From Pseudorhodoplanes sp. (lineage in GTDB: Bacteria; Pseudomonadota; Alphaproteobacteria; Rhizobiales; Xanthobacteraceae), in contig NZ_DATMRV010000200.1 in assembly GCF_035565795.1 (NCBI RefSeq), positions 496 to 64,495 of the forward strand: a stretch of 64,000 nucleotides of DNA. Reading direction: 5' to 3'. Made by a program: the position numbers and the translations under genes. This document shows positions 18,379 through 28,491 of this stretch, one piece after another. The stretch's first letter is position 1; each line of letters opens with the position of its first letter. The notes beneath the pieces are model-generated. The model was not told where the DNA came from, searched no databases, and was given only the letters and a program-made list of their open reading frames with translations.

Positions 18379-19593
18379 CTACTTCTGCGCCGTACCGGAA
18401 GCAGCAGCCGCGGCCGGCACGGAAGCCGGCGCTCCCTGCGGCGTGACCTTCATGCCGGGCCTCACGCGCATCAGGCCTTCAATGATGACCCGATCTGTCG
18501 GCTCGATGCCGCTCTTGATGACGCGGTCGCCATCGGACAACTGGCCAAGCTGCACGTATCTCTGCGCGACGGTATCGTCCGGCCGCACGACATAGACGAA
18601 CTTGCGCGCCTGTTCGCTGCCGATGGCCGTGTCCGGAACCACCAATGCGGTGTATGGCGCCGAGCCCGGGACCTGGATGCGAGCGAACATGCCGGGTGTG
18701 AAAATGCCCTGGGCATTCGCGAACACCGCACGTCCGCGAATTGTACCGGTCGAGCGGTCGATCACGTTATCGACGAAGTCCATCCGCCCAATGTGGTTGT
18801 AATCCTTCTCGTCGATCAGCTTCAGACGAACGAGCGTCGAACCGCCGCGCGCGGCGATGTCGTCGCGCCTCGCATTCACATTGCCGCCGGCGGCAAGGCG
18901 CTCGTAGCGCAGGTAGGACGCTTCATCGAACGTGAACTCGAAGCGGATCGGATCGGTGGAGACGATGGTGGCAAGGAGCGTCGTGTTGCCGGTGGTCCCG
19001 CCGGTGACGAGATTACCAACGGAGACGCGACGGTCGCCGATCCGTCCACTGACCGGCGCACGCAGATCGGTGAACTGGAGATCGAGTTCGGCCTGACGCA
19101 CAGCCGCTTCCTGCGCGGCGACATTGGCTTCGGCGACGCGCTTCACCTGCGTGCGCTGATCGAATGTCTGCTGCGTGATTGTCTTGTCGCGCACCAACTG
19201 CGCGGCGCGCTCAAGGTCCCCTTCCGCAAAGGCCAGCTCTGCCTTGGCCCGCTGCAGATTGGCTTTCGCTTGGTCGAGGGCCGTCTGGAACGGCCGCTTG
19301 TCGATCGTGAAGAGAAGGTCGCCCTCTTTCACCATCTGCCCATCTTTGAAATCAATCTTGTCCAGGTAGCCGGACACGCGCGCTCGGATTTCCACCGAAT
19401 CCACCGCGATGAAACGACCGACATATTCATCGAAATCGGTGACGTTGCGCTCGATGGGAACAGCCACAGTGACTGCGGGCGGCGGAAGCGCGGCCTGCTG
19501 TTGCTGCTGATTTTGCCCACACCCACCCAGGCTCATGCTCAAAAGCACGACGAGGGCGGTGCCAGCGGACCGCCAATACTTTAGTCTAGTCAT
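18379..19593 (-). CDS. RND efflux periplasmic adaptor (MFP), lipoprotein
   Basis: LGGC lipobox, VEIRARVSGYL, APVSGRIG, TGTIRGRAVF, PGMFARI. Confidence 0.95.
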   Translation of the reverse strand: MTRLKYWRSAGTALVVLLSMSLGGCGQNQQQQQAALPPPAVTVAVPIERNVTDFDEYVGRFIAVDSVEIRARVSGYLDKIDFKDGQMVKEGDLLFTIDKRPFQTALDQAKANLQRAKAELAFAEGDLERAAQLVRDKTITQQTFDQRTQVKRVAEANVAAQEAAVRQAELDLQFTDLRAPVSGRIGDRRVSVGNLVTGGTTGNTTLLATIVSTDPIRFEFTFDEASYLRYERLAAGGNVNARRDDIAARGGSTLVRLKLIDEKDYNHIGRMDFVDNVIDRSTGTIRGRAVFANAQGIFTPGMFARIQVPGSAPYTALVVPDTAIGSEQARKFVYVVRPDDTVAQRYVQLGQLSDGDRVIKSGIEPTDRVIIEGLMRVRPGMKVTPQGAPASVPAAAAASGTAQK

Positions 19594-19717
19594 TTACAGC
19601 TCGAGCTAGGCTCAGTCCCCAGCGGGTCACATAGGGACGCTTGGTTTAAACTTCAAACATCACCGGCAACCCGCCTCTTATTGAGGGGCAGGTCGATTGT
19701 CCATGCCACGCAATCGG

Positions 19718-21280
19718 TTAATCCGGTTTGGAGGCCGCCGCAGGGACCGGTTTCTCGCCTCGAAATGCGCGAAACCAGTTGCGTCCGAGCAACACCCACA
19801 CCAAGCCAGCATAGACGATGGCACCGACGATGCCCAGCGTTGCCAGCGCGGCCTCGTCGCGAAACGCCGGCAGATCGCGATAAAGCGCGGCCACGACGCG
19901 CGACGACAAGAACAGGACGATGCCGAATACGCAGCCGATAGCGGTCAGGAGCACCATCGAGCGCTTCAGCCGTCCGTCCGGTGCCGCAATGCCGGCACGC
20001 GATGCAAAGAAGATGACCAGCCCGAGATTGACCCAAGCCCCGACGGCGGTCGCGATAGCGAGACCGACCTGCGCCAGCGGCCCCATGAGGGCAATCTTGA
20101 TCAGGATGTTGATCGCGACTGCCGCCAACGATGCCTTCACAGGGGTTGCCGTATCGCCGCGCGCGAAGAACGGCGCGGTCATGCTGCGGATCAGCACATA
20201 GGGAATGAGCCCGATCGCGTAGGCCGCGAGCGTCGCTCCGGCAGCGAGTGCGTCGTTTCCCGTGAACTTCCCGCGCAGGAACAGCGCCCGCATGATCAGG
20301 TCCGGGATCAGCAAGAATGCCACGAGGCACGGAATCGTCAGAAGCAAAGTGAACTCGATCGCACGGTTCTGTGCGTTACGCGCGCCAACGTCGTCGCCCG
20401 TCGCAAGCCGACGCGACATCTCCGGCAACAGCACGGTGCCGACCGCAATTCCGATTACGCCGATGGGCAGCTGATTGATGCGGTCCGCATAATAGAGGGC
20501 AGAAATCGCGCCGGCCGCGAGGAAGCTCGCAATGATGGTGTCGGCAAACATTGCAAGCTGGACGCCGGCAGAGCCGACAGTGGCAGGTCCCAGCGCACGA
20601 AAGAACTTGCGCACATTTTCGTCGATTTTCGGCCAGCTGAACCACGCGATCACCTGCGCGCGGCCGGCATCCCCCATCACCAGAAGCAGCTCGAGAATAC
20701 CCGCGATAAAAACACCCCACGCGGCGGCATGACCGGCTGTCGGGAAGAAGGCCGCAAGCGCCAGCGTCGCCATCATCGACAGGTTGAGCAGAATCGGCGC
20801 GGCCGCGGGTGTTGCGAAGTGGTGGATGGAATTCAGGATGCCGCCATACAGCGTCACCAGCGAGACCAGCAGGAGATAGGGAAAGGTGATGCGGGTCAGC
20901 TCCGTCGCCAGCGCGAACCGGTTGGGATCGTCCCTGAACCCCGGCGCGAGCAGGTCGATGACCCCGGACGTGAATGCGAGGGCAATCGCGAGCAGCACGA
21001 GCTGAACCGCCACGAGCATGGTGAACACGCGGTCGGCAAACAGCTTGGCCGAATCAGGCCCGCCCTGCGTACGGATGCGCGCATAGGCCGGCACGAAAGC
21101 GGCGTTGAACGCGCCCTCTGCGAAGATCGCGCGGAAATGGTTGGGCAGACGCTGAGCGACGAAGAACGCGTCGGCGATTGGTCCTGCGCCCAGGATCGCC
21201 GCCAGCATGATATCGCGCGCGAAGCCGGTGATGCGCGAAATGAGCGTGAAGCCGCCGACAGTGAAAATGCGTCCGATCAC
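19718..21280 (-). CDS. murJ: Lipid II flippase MurJ (MviN)
   Basis: SRITGFARD, DAFFVAQRLPNHFRAIFAEGAF, LYYADRINQLPIG, DTATPVK. Confidence 0.96.
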   Translation of the reverse strand: MIGRIFTVGGFTLISRITGFARDIMLAAILGAGPIADAFFVAQRLPNHFRAIFAEGAFNAAFVPAYARIRTQGGPDSAKLFADRVFTMLVAVQLVLLAIALAFTSGVIDLLAPGFRDDPNRFALATELTRITFPYLLLVSLVTLYGGILNSIHHFATPAAAPILLNLSMMATLALAAFFPTAGHAAAWGVFIAGILELLLVMGDAGRAQVIAWFSWPKIDENVRKFFRALGPATVGSAGVQLAMFADTIIASFLAAGAISALYYADRINQLPIGVIGIAVGTVLLPEMSRRLATGDDVGARNAQNRAIEFTLLLTIPCLVAFLLIPDLIMRALFLRGKFTGNDALAAGATLAAYAIGLIPYVLIRSMTAPFFARGDTATPVKASLAAVAINILIKIALMGPLAQVGLAIATAVGAWVNLGLVIFFASRAGIAAPDGRLKRSMVLLTAIGCVFGIVLFLSSRVVAALYRDLPAFRDEAALATLGIVGAIVYAGLVWVLLGRNWFRAFRGEKPVPAAASKPD

Positions 21281-21307
21281 ACCAATGACCTGCGGCAGCC
21301 ATGTTGC

Positions 21308-21353
21308 CCGTCACTCCGGACTGGCCCGCCCACGCAGGCGTCCGGAATGACGG
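21308..21353. repeat. REP-like palindromic intergenic element
   Basis: Inverted repeat CCGTCACTCCGGAC/GTCCGGAATGACGG, resembling the GTCATTCCGG...CCGGAATGAC repeats common in alphaproteobacteria. Confidence 0.6.
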
Positions 21354-21359
21354 TGTAGC

Positions 21360-22511
21360 CTAGCGCAGCGCCCGTCGCACCGCATCCACAATACGGTCCT
21401 GCGTCGCCTCGTCGAGATACGCATGCATCGGCAGGCTAATCACCTCGTCGGCAAGGCGCTCGCTGATGGGGAGCCCGGCCTCGGCAACCGGGAAACTGCT
21501 GTACGCGGTCTGCTTGTGCAGCGGCCTGGCATAGTAGATCGCGGTCGGAATTCCCTCAGCCTGCAGGGCGCGCGCCAAGGGATCGCGTCGCCCCGGTGCG
21601 AGGCGGATGGTGTATTGTGCCCAGACCGAACGATAGCCCTCCGGCACCACCGGGACCGTCGCCACATCGCGCAGCGCGGCATTGTAGCGCGCAGCAACGC
21701 GATTTCGCGTCTCGATCTCGTCACGGAAAATCTTCAGCTTCTCGATCAGCACGGCCGCCTGAATGGTGTCGAGACGCGCTGTCAGACCAAGCCGCACATT
21801 GTCGTATTTGTCAGATCCGCTTCCGTGCACGCGGACGCTCTTGAGAACCGCAAGCAGTTCGTCGTCGTTTGTGAGCACGGCGCCACCGTCGCCGTAGCAG
21901 CCCAGCGGCTTCGCCGGGAAAAAGCTGGTTGCGGTAGCATGGCCGAACGTACCGATGTTGCGCCCCTTGTAGGTGCCGCCGAAGCCCTGCGCTGCGTCGT
22001 CGAGGATAAACAGCTTCTCCTCAGCAGCGATGTCCGCGACCGCATCGTGATCCGCCGGAAGGCCGAACAGATCGACCGGGATCACGGCCTTGGGCGTCAA
22101 GCCCTTCGCCTTGGCAGTCGCGATCGCCGATTTCAGGCTGGCGACATCGATGTTGAAGGTATCGGCATGAACGTCGACGAAGACCGGGGTCGCGCCGATC
22201 AGCGCTGCCGCTTCAGCGGTGGCGCAGAATGTAAAGGTCGGACAAAACACCGCGTCGCCGCGTCCGATGCCCTTTGCCATCAGCGTCATCACCAGCGCAT
22301 CGGTGCCGCTGGAGCATGACAAGGCATGCTTGGCACCGCAGAAGGCCGCAAGATCCGCCTCGAACGCCAGGACTTCCGGCCCCATCAGAAACTGGCAATG
22401 ATTGAGGACGCGGGTGGTCGCCTCGTCGATCGCCTTGCCAAGCCTGCGGCGCTGGGCGGCAACATCGATAAACGGAATCGGCTTTATGTCGACGCGGGCG
22501 TGCTGGTTCAT
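21360..22511 (-). CDS. DegT/DnrJ sugar aminotransferase (GnnB/WbpE-like)
   Basis: SSGTDAL, DDAAQGFG, SFFPAKPLGCYGDGGA, RLDTIQAAVL. Confidence 0.92.
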   Translation of the reverse strand: MNQHARVDIKPIPFIDVAAQRRRLGKAIDEATTRVLNHCQFLMGPEVLAFEADLAAFCGAKHALSCSSGTDALVMTLMAKGIGRGDAVFCPTFTFCATAEAAALIGATPVFVDVHADTFNIDVASLKSAIATAKAKGLTPKAVIPVDLFGLPADHDAVADIAAEEKLFILDDAAQGFGGTYKGRNIGTFGHATATSFFPAKPLGCYGDGGAVLTNDDELLAVLKSVRVHGSGSDKYDNVRLGLTARLDTIQAAVLIEKLKIFRDEIETRNRVAARYNAALRDVATVPVVPEGYRSVWAQYTIRLAPGRRDPLARALQAEGIPTAIYYARPLHKQTAYSSFPVAEAGLPISERLADEVISLPMHAYLDEATQDRIVDAVRRALR

Positions 22512-22549
22512 CGTGATCGAAAGTCTCTGATGGCGAGAAAGAACTAAGT

Positions 22550-23560
22550 TCAGCCGGCGGCGCGGCGCGCAGCGGAGGGGTGCGACGTCACCTTGGCCGG
22601 CTGACGATTTTCAAGACAGCGCATGGCGACGTCGAGGCTTTCGACGCCCTCCTCGCCCGTCACCGGAGGCGCCTTGTCCTCGCGGACGGCATTGGCGAAC
22701 GCCTGCAGTTCGGCGCGGAGCGGCTCCGAATGTCCGACGGACAAGTGTCGCATCGAATAGCTGCCGTCCGGCTGGAAGCCAAAGCATTCCGTCACCTGGC
22801 GGGTCAGGAGATCGCCGATCAGATACTTGCGGCGTGTCGCGACATGAACCGTGCGCGCCTTGAACGGCGTCAGCCAGTTGGTGTTGATATGCGCGAGCAC
22901 ACCGGACGCGGTGCGGAACTGCAGGAGCGCAATATCCTCGCGCTCGGCGATCGCGCTCGACAATTGCGGCTGCACTTCAACGATCTCGGAATCGGTGAAC
23001 CAGCGGATCAGATCGATATCGTGCACCGCCAGATCGATCACCACGCCGACATTCGACATGCGGGGCGGGAACGGCCCGACGCGGGTGATACCGATCGAAA
23101 GGATATCCTCGTCGCGTATCGCGTCCTTTATGGCCTGCACCGCGGGATTGAACCGCTCGACGTGACCAACCATAAGCTTGACGCCGCGCCGTTTCGCAGC
23201 CGCGATGATCTCTCGTCCCTCTTCGACATTGGAGGCGATCGGCTTCTCGATGAGCACGTGGATGCCGCGCTCGATGCATTTCAGTGCAATTTCGTGATGC
23301 AAATGGGTCGGAGCCGCGATAGTCACGGCGTCGAGGCCGGGCCCCAGAAGCTCGTCGACATTTTCGACCGCCGGTACGCCGAGAATGCGGGTGACGAGTT
23401 CGCGCTGCTGCGAACTCGGGTCGGCGACGCCGACGAGGGTCACATCTGGCAATCCGGCGAAAACGCGGGCGTGGTTCGCCCCCATGATACCCACGCCGAT
23501 AACCCCGACGCGGAGCGGCCCGGTGTCGCCGCCCTTCACTTCACGAACCATTTTAGTCAC
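22550..23560 (-). CDS. Gfo/Idh/MocA oxidoreductase (GnnA/WbpB-like sugar 3-dehydrogenase)
   Basis: GVIGVGIMG, HVLIEKP, VGHVERFNPA, DLAVHDID; paired with the aminotransferase. Alternative ATG at 23551. Confidence 0.9.
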   Translation of the reverse strand: MTKMVREVKGGDTGPLRVGVIGVGIMGANHARVFAGLPDVTLVGVADPSSQQRELVTRILGVPAVENVDELLGPGLDAVTIAAPTHLHHEIALKCIERGIHVLIEKPIASNVEEGREIIAAAKRRGVKLMVGHVERFNPAVQAIKDAIRDEDILSIGITRVGPFPPRMSNVGVVIDLAVHDIDLIRWFTDSEIVEVQPQLSSAIAEREDIALLQFRTASGVLAHINTNWLTPFKARTVHVATRRKYLIGDLLTRQVTECFGFQPDGSYSMRHLSVGHSEPLRAELQAFANAVREDKAPPVTGEEGVESLDVAMRCLENRQPAKVTSHPSAARRAAG

Positions 23561-23745
23561 ACCCCCCCGAAGCGGTCGAGATTCTCATTCTGACTACCAT
23601 GGCCCTTCCAATTGCGGCGAGATTTCGTTCACCACGTCCAAACACCTTTTGAGTCAAAGCGTTACGGACGCCGAACGTTCGCAAAGGCTTGCAAAGACAC
23701 TGCTTTTCACCAGCTGGCGCCGGCGCCAGCATCAAACCGCGGCGA

Positions 23746-24495
23746 CTACTCGGCCGCGGCCCGCCCCCCGATGTCGAGTTGCAGTCCGGCAGCCAATGCG
23801 TCCTCGCGGAAAGCCTGGACCGCGCCGAGCGAAAGCTCCTCCGGCGTCTTCGTCCCGAGAGCCGGAAGCTTCTTCAGCACATCCGCAGGGGCCGTGATGA
23901 TGTGGCAGCCCATCCGGTCGGCCTCGATGACATTGTAGACCTCCCGCGTGGACGCCCAGATGATTTCGATCGTGCTCGTCTGGCGCGCCTGCGCAATCGC
24001 GTCGCGCATCAGCGGAGCATAGTCGATGCCGAAGTCTGCGAGACGTCCGGCGAATACGGAGACGCAGGAAGGCGCCCCACCTGCCAGCGCCTGCATCGCC
24101 TTGCCGACCTGATCCGCGGTGAAAATAGCGGTCAGATTGATCTTCACGCCGTCGGCCGTGAGCGCCCGGACGGCGTCAAATAACGGCTCCTTGCGTGTGT
24201 TGGTCACCGGCAGCTTCACATAGACGTTCTCGCCCCAGGACGCGATCACGCGGCCCTGCGCCACCATTTCCGGAATATCGTCAGAAAACACCTCGAATGA
24301 AATGTGGCGATCGGGGACCGCTGCCACCAGATCGCGTGCATAGGCCTCGTAATCCTTCACCCCGGCCTTCTTGAGCAGCGATGGATTGGTGGTGAAGCCG
24401 GCAATCCATTTATTTCTGGCCATCTCCACGATCTGCGCCTTGTCGGCGCCATCCGTGAACAGCTTGACCTTGAGGTCATCGAGTTTGATCGCCAT
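23746..24495 (-). CDS. tal: Transaldolase (short type)
   Basis: LFTDGAD, GFTTNPSL, VYVKLP (Schiff-base Lys), INLTAIF, SVFAGRLAD, WASTRE. Confidence 0.88.
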   Translation of the reverse strand: MAIKLDDLKVKLFTDGADKAQIVEMARNKWIAGFTTNPSLLKKAGVKDYEAYARDLVAAVPDRHISFEVFSDDIPEMVAQGRVIASWGENVYVKLPVTNTRKEPLFDAVRALTADGVKINLTAIFTADQVGKAMQALAGGAPSCVSVFAGRLADFGIDYAPLMRDAIAQARQTSTIEIIWASTREVYNVIEADRMGCHIITAPADVLKKLPALGTKTPEELSLGAVQAFREDALAAGLQLDIGGRAAAE

Positions 24496-24681
24496 CGTAG
24501 GTCTTCCCTGAAACGCAACCATCGCTTGTTTATGGCATCATCCAGGATACCGACGACGCGATGTCGCGAGGATGCAACCACCCTCTCCTTCCGGACGCCC
24601 GCGAACCGGCGGCTCAGGATGAGGTCCAAACGGCCAAGAGTGTAACAGAGTCCGGGGCGGGACTACAGCCTGCCCGGCGGC

Positions 24682-26109
24682 TCAGGACCGCCGGTAATCG
24701 TCCTCGATGCGGACGATATCGTCCTCGCCGAGATAGCTGCCGGTCTGCACCTCGATCAGTTCCAGATCGATCATGCCCGGATTCTCCAGGCGGTGGGATG
24801 TCCCCATCGGAATATAGATCGACTGGTTCTCGTGCAGGATCTTGACCTCGTCGCCAATGGTCACGCGAGCGGTGCCGCGAACCACGATCCAGTGCTCGGC
24901 GCGGTGATGATGATATTGCAGGGACAACCTGCCACCCTTCTTCACAACGATGCGCTTCACCTGATAGCGCGGGCCATTGTCGAGCGACTGATAATTACCC
25001 CAGGGCCGGTGGACGCGGATGTGGTCTACCGTGACCGTCGGTGCGACGTCCTTGAGCGCGCCGACGAGACGCTTCATTTCTGCGGTGTGCTTGCGATCGG
25101 CGATCAGGACCGCATCTTCACTCGCAACAACGACGAGGTCCTGGACGCCGAAGAGCGCAACCAGCGGCTTTTCGGACGAGGCGAAAGAATTGCGAGTATC
25201 GACAAAGACTGCGTTGCCTTGGCTGGCGTTTCCCGCCGCGTCCTTCTGCGACAATTCCCACACGGCATGCCAGGAGCCGACGTCCGACCATCCATAGGAG
25301 ACCGGGATGACAGCGGCACGCTTCGTCTTTTCCATCACCGCGTAATCGATCGAAATCGGCTTCGCGCGCGCAAAGTGGTTCGCATCGATGGTGACAAAGC
25401 CGAGGTCGCTGCCGGCAGCGTCGATCGCGTCCGTGGTTGCGTCGACGGTGTCGGGCTCGAATGCGGCGTATTCGCCAAGCAGGTCGCCTGCCCGGAAAAC
25501 GAAGTTGCCAGAGTTCCAGAGATAGCCCTCGGCAATATAGCGCCCGGCGGTCTCTGCGTCAGGCTTCTCGACAAACCGTTCAACCGCGAACACCGATCCG
25601 CCAATTGACTCGCCGGGACGGATATAACCGTAATCGGTCGCAGGACGGTCCGGCTTCACACCGAACGTTACGATGCGCCCACCTTCAGCTGCCGCACCAG
25701 CTTCGCTGCAGGCCGCCACAAAAGCCGCGTTGTCGCGAACGATATGATCCGCCGCCAATGCCATCATCACGGGATTGCCGTCGCGCTTGACACCAAACGC
25801 AGCACCAGCGGCGATAGCCGGGCCGGAATCGCGGCGGATCGGCTCAAGCAGGACATCCGCGTCGATACCGATCTCCGCGAGTTGGTCCTGGACGATAAAG
25901 CGATACTGAGTATTCGTGATGACGATCGGCCGCGCGAATATCACCGCGTCCGAGACCCGCAGCATTGTATCCTGAAACGTTGAGCGAGATCCGAGCAGCG
26001 GCAGGAACTGCTTGGGCCTGCCCTCGCGCGAAGACGGCCAAAGGCGCGTTCCAGCGCCGCCGCACATGACAAGCGGCACAATGCGTCCGGATGAGACAAC
26101 GTGGTTCAT
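24682..26109 (-). CDS. manC: Mannose-1-phosphate guanylyltransferase / mannose-6-phosphate isomerase
   Basis: GGAGTRLWPSSR, PKQF, FVEKP, WNSGNF, WSDVGSW, HRPWG, SLQYHHHRAEHW cupin. Confidence 0.95.
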   Translation of the reverse strand: MNHVVSSGRIVPLVMCGGAGTRLWPSSREGRPKQFLPLLGSRSTFQDTMLRVSDAVIFARPIVITNTQYRFIVQDQLAEIGIDADVLLEPIRRDSGPAIAAGAAFGVKRDGNPVMMALAADHIVRDNAAFVAACSEAGAAAEGGRIVTFGVKPDRPATDYGYIRPGESIGGSVFAVERFVEKPDAETAGRYIAEGYLWNSGNFVFRAGDLLGEYAAFEPDTVDATTDAIDAAGSDLGFVTIDANHFARAKPISIDYAVMEKTKRAAVIPVSYGWSDVGSWHAVWELSQKDAAGNASQGNAVFVDTRNSFASSEKPLVALFGVQDLVVVASEDAVLIADRKHTAEMKRLVGALKDVAPTVTVDHIRVHRPWGNYQSLDNGPRYQVKRIVVKKGGRLSLQYHHHRAEHWIVVRGTARVTIGDEVKILHENQSIYIPMGTSHRLENPGMIDLELIEVQTGSYLGEDDIVRIEDDYRRS

Positions 26110-26161
26110 GAACACTTAAATCGCTTTGCAAGATCGCCAGCACTCTTAGAGCACAGCGATC

Positions 26162-27175
26162 TTAAGCTCCGGTGTATCGGAGATACCACTCAACGAAGTT
26201 GCGAATGCCGGTCTCCACGGGCGTTCCGGGGCGGAAGCCGACATCCCGCATCAAATCATCCACATCGGCATAGGTCTCGGGGACGTCACCCGGCTGCATC
26301 GGCATCAATTCGCGCACGGCCTTCCTGCCAAGGCACTTTTCCAGTTCGGCGACAATATGAAGAAGCTCGACCGGACTATTGTTACCGATATTGTAAATCC
26401 GATATGGCGCGGAACTCGTGGCCGGGTCGGGATTCTTGCCGGACCATTGCGGATCCGGCGCAGCCGGCTTTCCGATCAGGCGCACGATAGATTCGACGAC
26501 ATCATCGACATAGGTAAAGTCACGTCGCATATTGCCATTGTTGAACAACATGATCGGCTTTCCGGCACGGATCGCTTCCGCGAAGAGCCACATCGCCATG
26601 TCCGGCCGCCCCCACGGTCCATAGACCGTGAAGAAGCGCAGCCCAGTCACCGGCAACCGAAACAGATGCGCATAAGAATGCGCCATCAGTTCGTTGGCCT
26701 TCTTGCTCGCCGCATACATGGAGATCGGGTGATCGACATTGTCACTCACCCGGAACGGCAGCCGCGTGTTGGCACCGTAGACCGAAGATGACGATGCAAA
26801 GATCAGATGCCTGCAGCCGTTATGCCGACAGCCCTCAAGCACATTTGCAAAGCCCTGCAGATTGGCGTCGACATACGCTTCCGGATGCGAGATCGAGTGG
26901 CGCACGCCGGCCTGGGCGGCAAGGTGCACGACGTAGGGAAACCTGTTTTCGTTGAAAAGACGAGCGGTCGCAGCGCGGTCGGCAAGGTCTAGTCTTGCAA
27001 ATTCGAAATGGTTCGATGTCGCCAGTTCGGCGTATCGCGCTTCCTTCAGCGCGGGATCATAATATGGCGTCATGTTGTCGACGCCGACCACGCGATGGCC
27101 TTGCGACAACAGCTTGCGCGACACGTGGAAGCCGATGAAGCCGGCTGCGCCGGTCACGAGGATGGGTTCATCCAT
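26162..27175 (-). CDS. UDP-glucuronate 4-epimerase (CapI/WbnF-like SDR)
   Basis: TGAAGFIG, HLAAQAGVR, ASSSSVYG, YAASKKANE, RFFTVYGPWGRPDMA, QPGDV. Confidence 0.93.
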   Translation of the reverse strand: MDEPILVTGAAGFIGFHVSRKLLSQGHRVVGVDNMTPYYDPALKEARYAELATSNHFEFARLDLADRAATARLFNENRFPYVVHLAAQAGVRHSISHPEAYVDANLQGFANVLEGCRHNGCRHLIFASSSSVYGANTRLPFRVSDNVDHPISMYAASKKANELMAHSYAHLFRLPVTGLRFFTVYGPWGRPDMAMWLFAEAIRAGKPIMLFNNGNMRRDFTYVDDVVESIVRLIGKPAAPDPQWSGKNPDPATSSAPYRIYNIGNNSPVELLHIVAELEKCLGRKAVRELMPMQPGDVPETYADVDDLMRDVGFRPGTPVETGIRNFVEWYLRYTGA

Positions 27176-28458
27176 CACAGCCGCCAAAGATCAATGCCGG
27201 TCGGTTTCGATCCCCGGTCGAGTACCGACTTCACATCAAATACGAGACCTTCGCCGCCGCGCAACAATCCGGCAATCATCGGCCATCCCCCTCGCACATA
27301 GTCGTCGTGCCCGACCGCGAGGATCACCGCATCGGCGGGCTTGAGCGCCTCTCGCGCCAACAGATCGATACCGTATTCGTGCCTGGCATCGTCGGCCGCG
27401 GCCATCGGGTCGTGGACCTGAACAGTGACACCGGCTGCAGCAAGCTCACTCACGATATCGGCAACTTTCGAGTTGCGCGTGTCGGGAACATTCTCCTTGA
27501 AGGTGATGCCAAGAACGGTGACCGTCGCATTCACGCACTGGCGCTTGAACAGCGCCTGCACGCAGGCCAGCGCCACGCGTTGCCCGACGCCGTCATTGAT
27601 GCGACGTCCAGCCAGGATAACCTGAGGGTGATAGCCGGCCCGCTCGGCGCGATAGGTCAGATAGTACGGATCGACACCAATGCAGTGTCCACCGACGAGA
27701 CCCGGATAGAATTTCTGGAAATTCCATTTGGTGCCGGCCGCCGCGAGCACATCACCGGTGTCGATCCCGAGCCGATGACAGATCGCGGACAACTCATTCA
27801 TGAACGCGATGTTGAGGTCGCGCTGCGTGTTCTCGATCACTTTCGCCGCTTCGGCCACCTTGATCGAGGGCGCACGGTGCACGCCCGCGGTGACCACGGA
27901 GCCATAGACATCTGCGACAATATCCAGGGTCGCCGCATCCTGCCCGGCCACCACCTTGATGATGGTTTCGAAACGGTGCTGCTTGTCGCCGGGATTGATC
28001 CGCTCGGGCGAATAGCCAACCGTGAAATCGGAACCGGCACGCAATCCTGAAGCGCGCTCGAGGACCGGTACGCAGTCTTCCTCGATGCATCCGGGATAAA
28101 CTGTGGACTCATAAACGACGATCGCGCCCTTGCGCATGACTTTGCCGACAGTCTCCGAGGCGCCGAACACCGCGCCCAGATCCGGCCGGTTGGCATCATC
28201 GATCGGCGTCGGCACGGTCACGATGAAGAAGTCGGAAGCCTTGAGGTCGGCGGCATCGCTTGTGACCGACAGCCCCGGTCGAGCCAGATCCGCAGCCTCA
28301 ACCTCCCGCGTCCGATCATGGCCGGAACGCAGTTCTGCAATCCGCCGCGTATCGATGTCGAAACCGACCACCGGAATGCCTGCACGGGCAAACGAGACCG
28401 CCACCGGCAGGCCGACATAGCCAAGGCCGATCACGGCGATCTTTCGGCTCTGCGCCAC
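27175..28458 (-). CDS. UDP-N-acetylhexosamine 6-dehydrogenase (WbpO/TviB family)
   Basis: GLGYVGLP, VYESTVYPG, GYSPERINPGDK, AKVIENTQRD, GLVGGHCIGVDPYY, TFKENVPD.RNS. Confidence 0.94.
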   Translation of the reverse strand: MAQSRKIAVIGLGYVGLPVAVSFARAGIPVVGFDIDTRRIAELRSGHDRTREVEAADLARPGLSVTSDAADLKASDFFIVTVPTPIDDANRPDLGAVFGASETVGKVMRKGAIVVYESTVYPGCIEEDCVPVLERASGLRAGSDFTVGYSPERINPGDKQHRFETIIKVVAGQDAATLDIVADVYGSVVTAGVHRAPSIKVAEAAKVIENTQRDLNIAFMNELSAICHRLGIDTGDVLAAAGTKWNFQKFYPGLVGGHCIGVDPYYLTYRAERAGYHPQVILAGRRINDGVGQRVALACVQALFKRQCVNATVTVLGITFKENVPDTRNSKVADIVSELAAAGVTVQVHDPMAAADDARHEYGIDLLAREALKPADAVILAVGHDDYVRGGWPMIAGLLRGGEGLVFDVKSVLDRGSKPTGIDLWRL

Positions 28459-28491
28459 GAATTTCCACCCCTCGGATTAAAGCGCGTCTGT

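Noticed and set aside
13421-19593. Cytochrome c pair and RND pump lacking an outer-membrane factor
   Set aside because: Both arrangements are common in alphaproteobacteria; TolC is normally encoded elsewhere.
18220-21358. Long plus-strand ORFs (454 aa, 553 aa), and similar antisense ORFs such as 2286-3356, 4539-5648, 9748-10761 and 22580-23593
   Set aside because: Shadow frames opposite well-supported genes, expected in high-GC DNA; no recognisable motifs.
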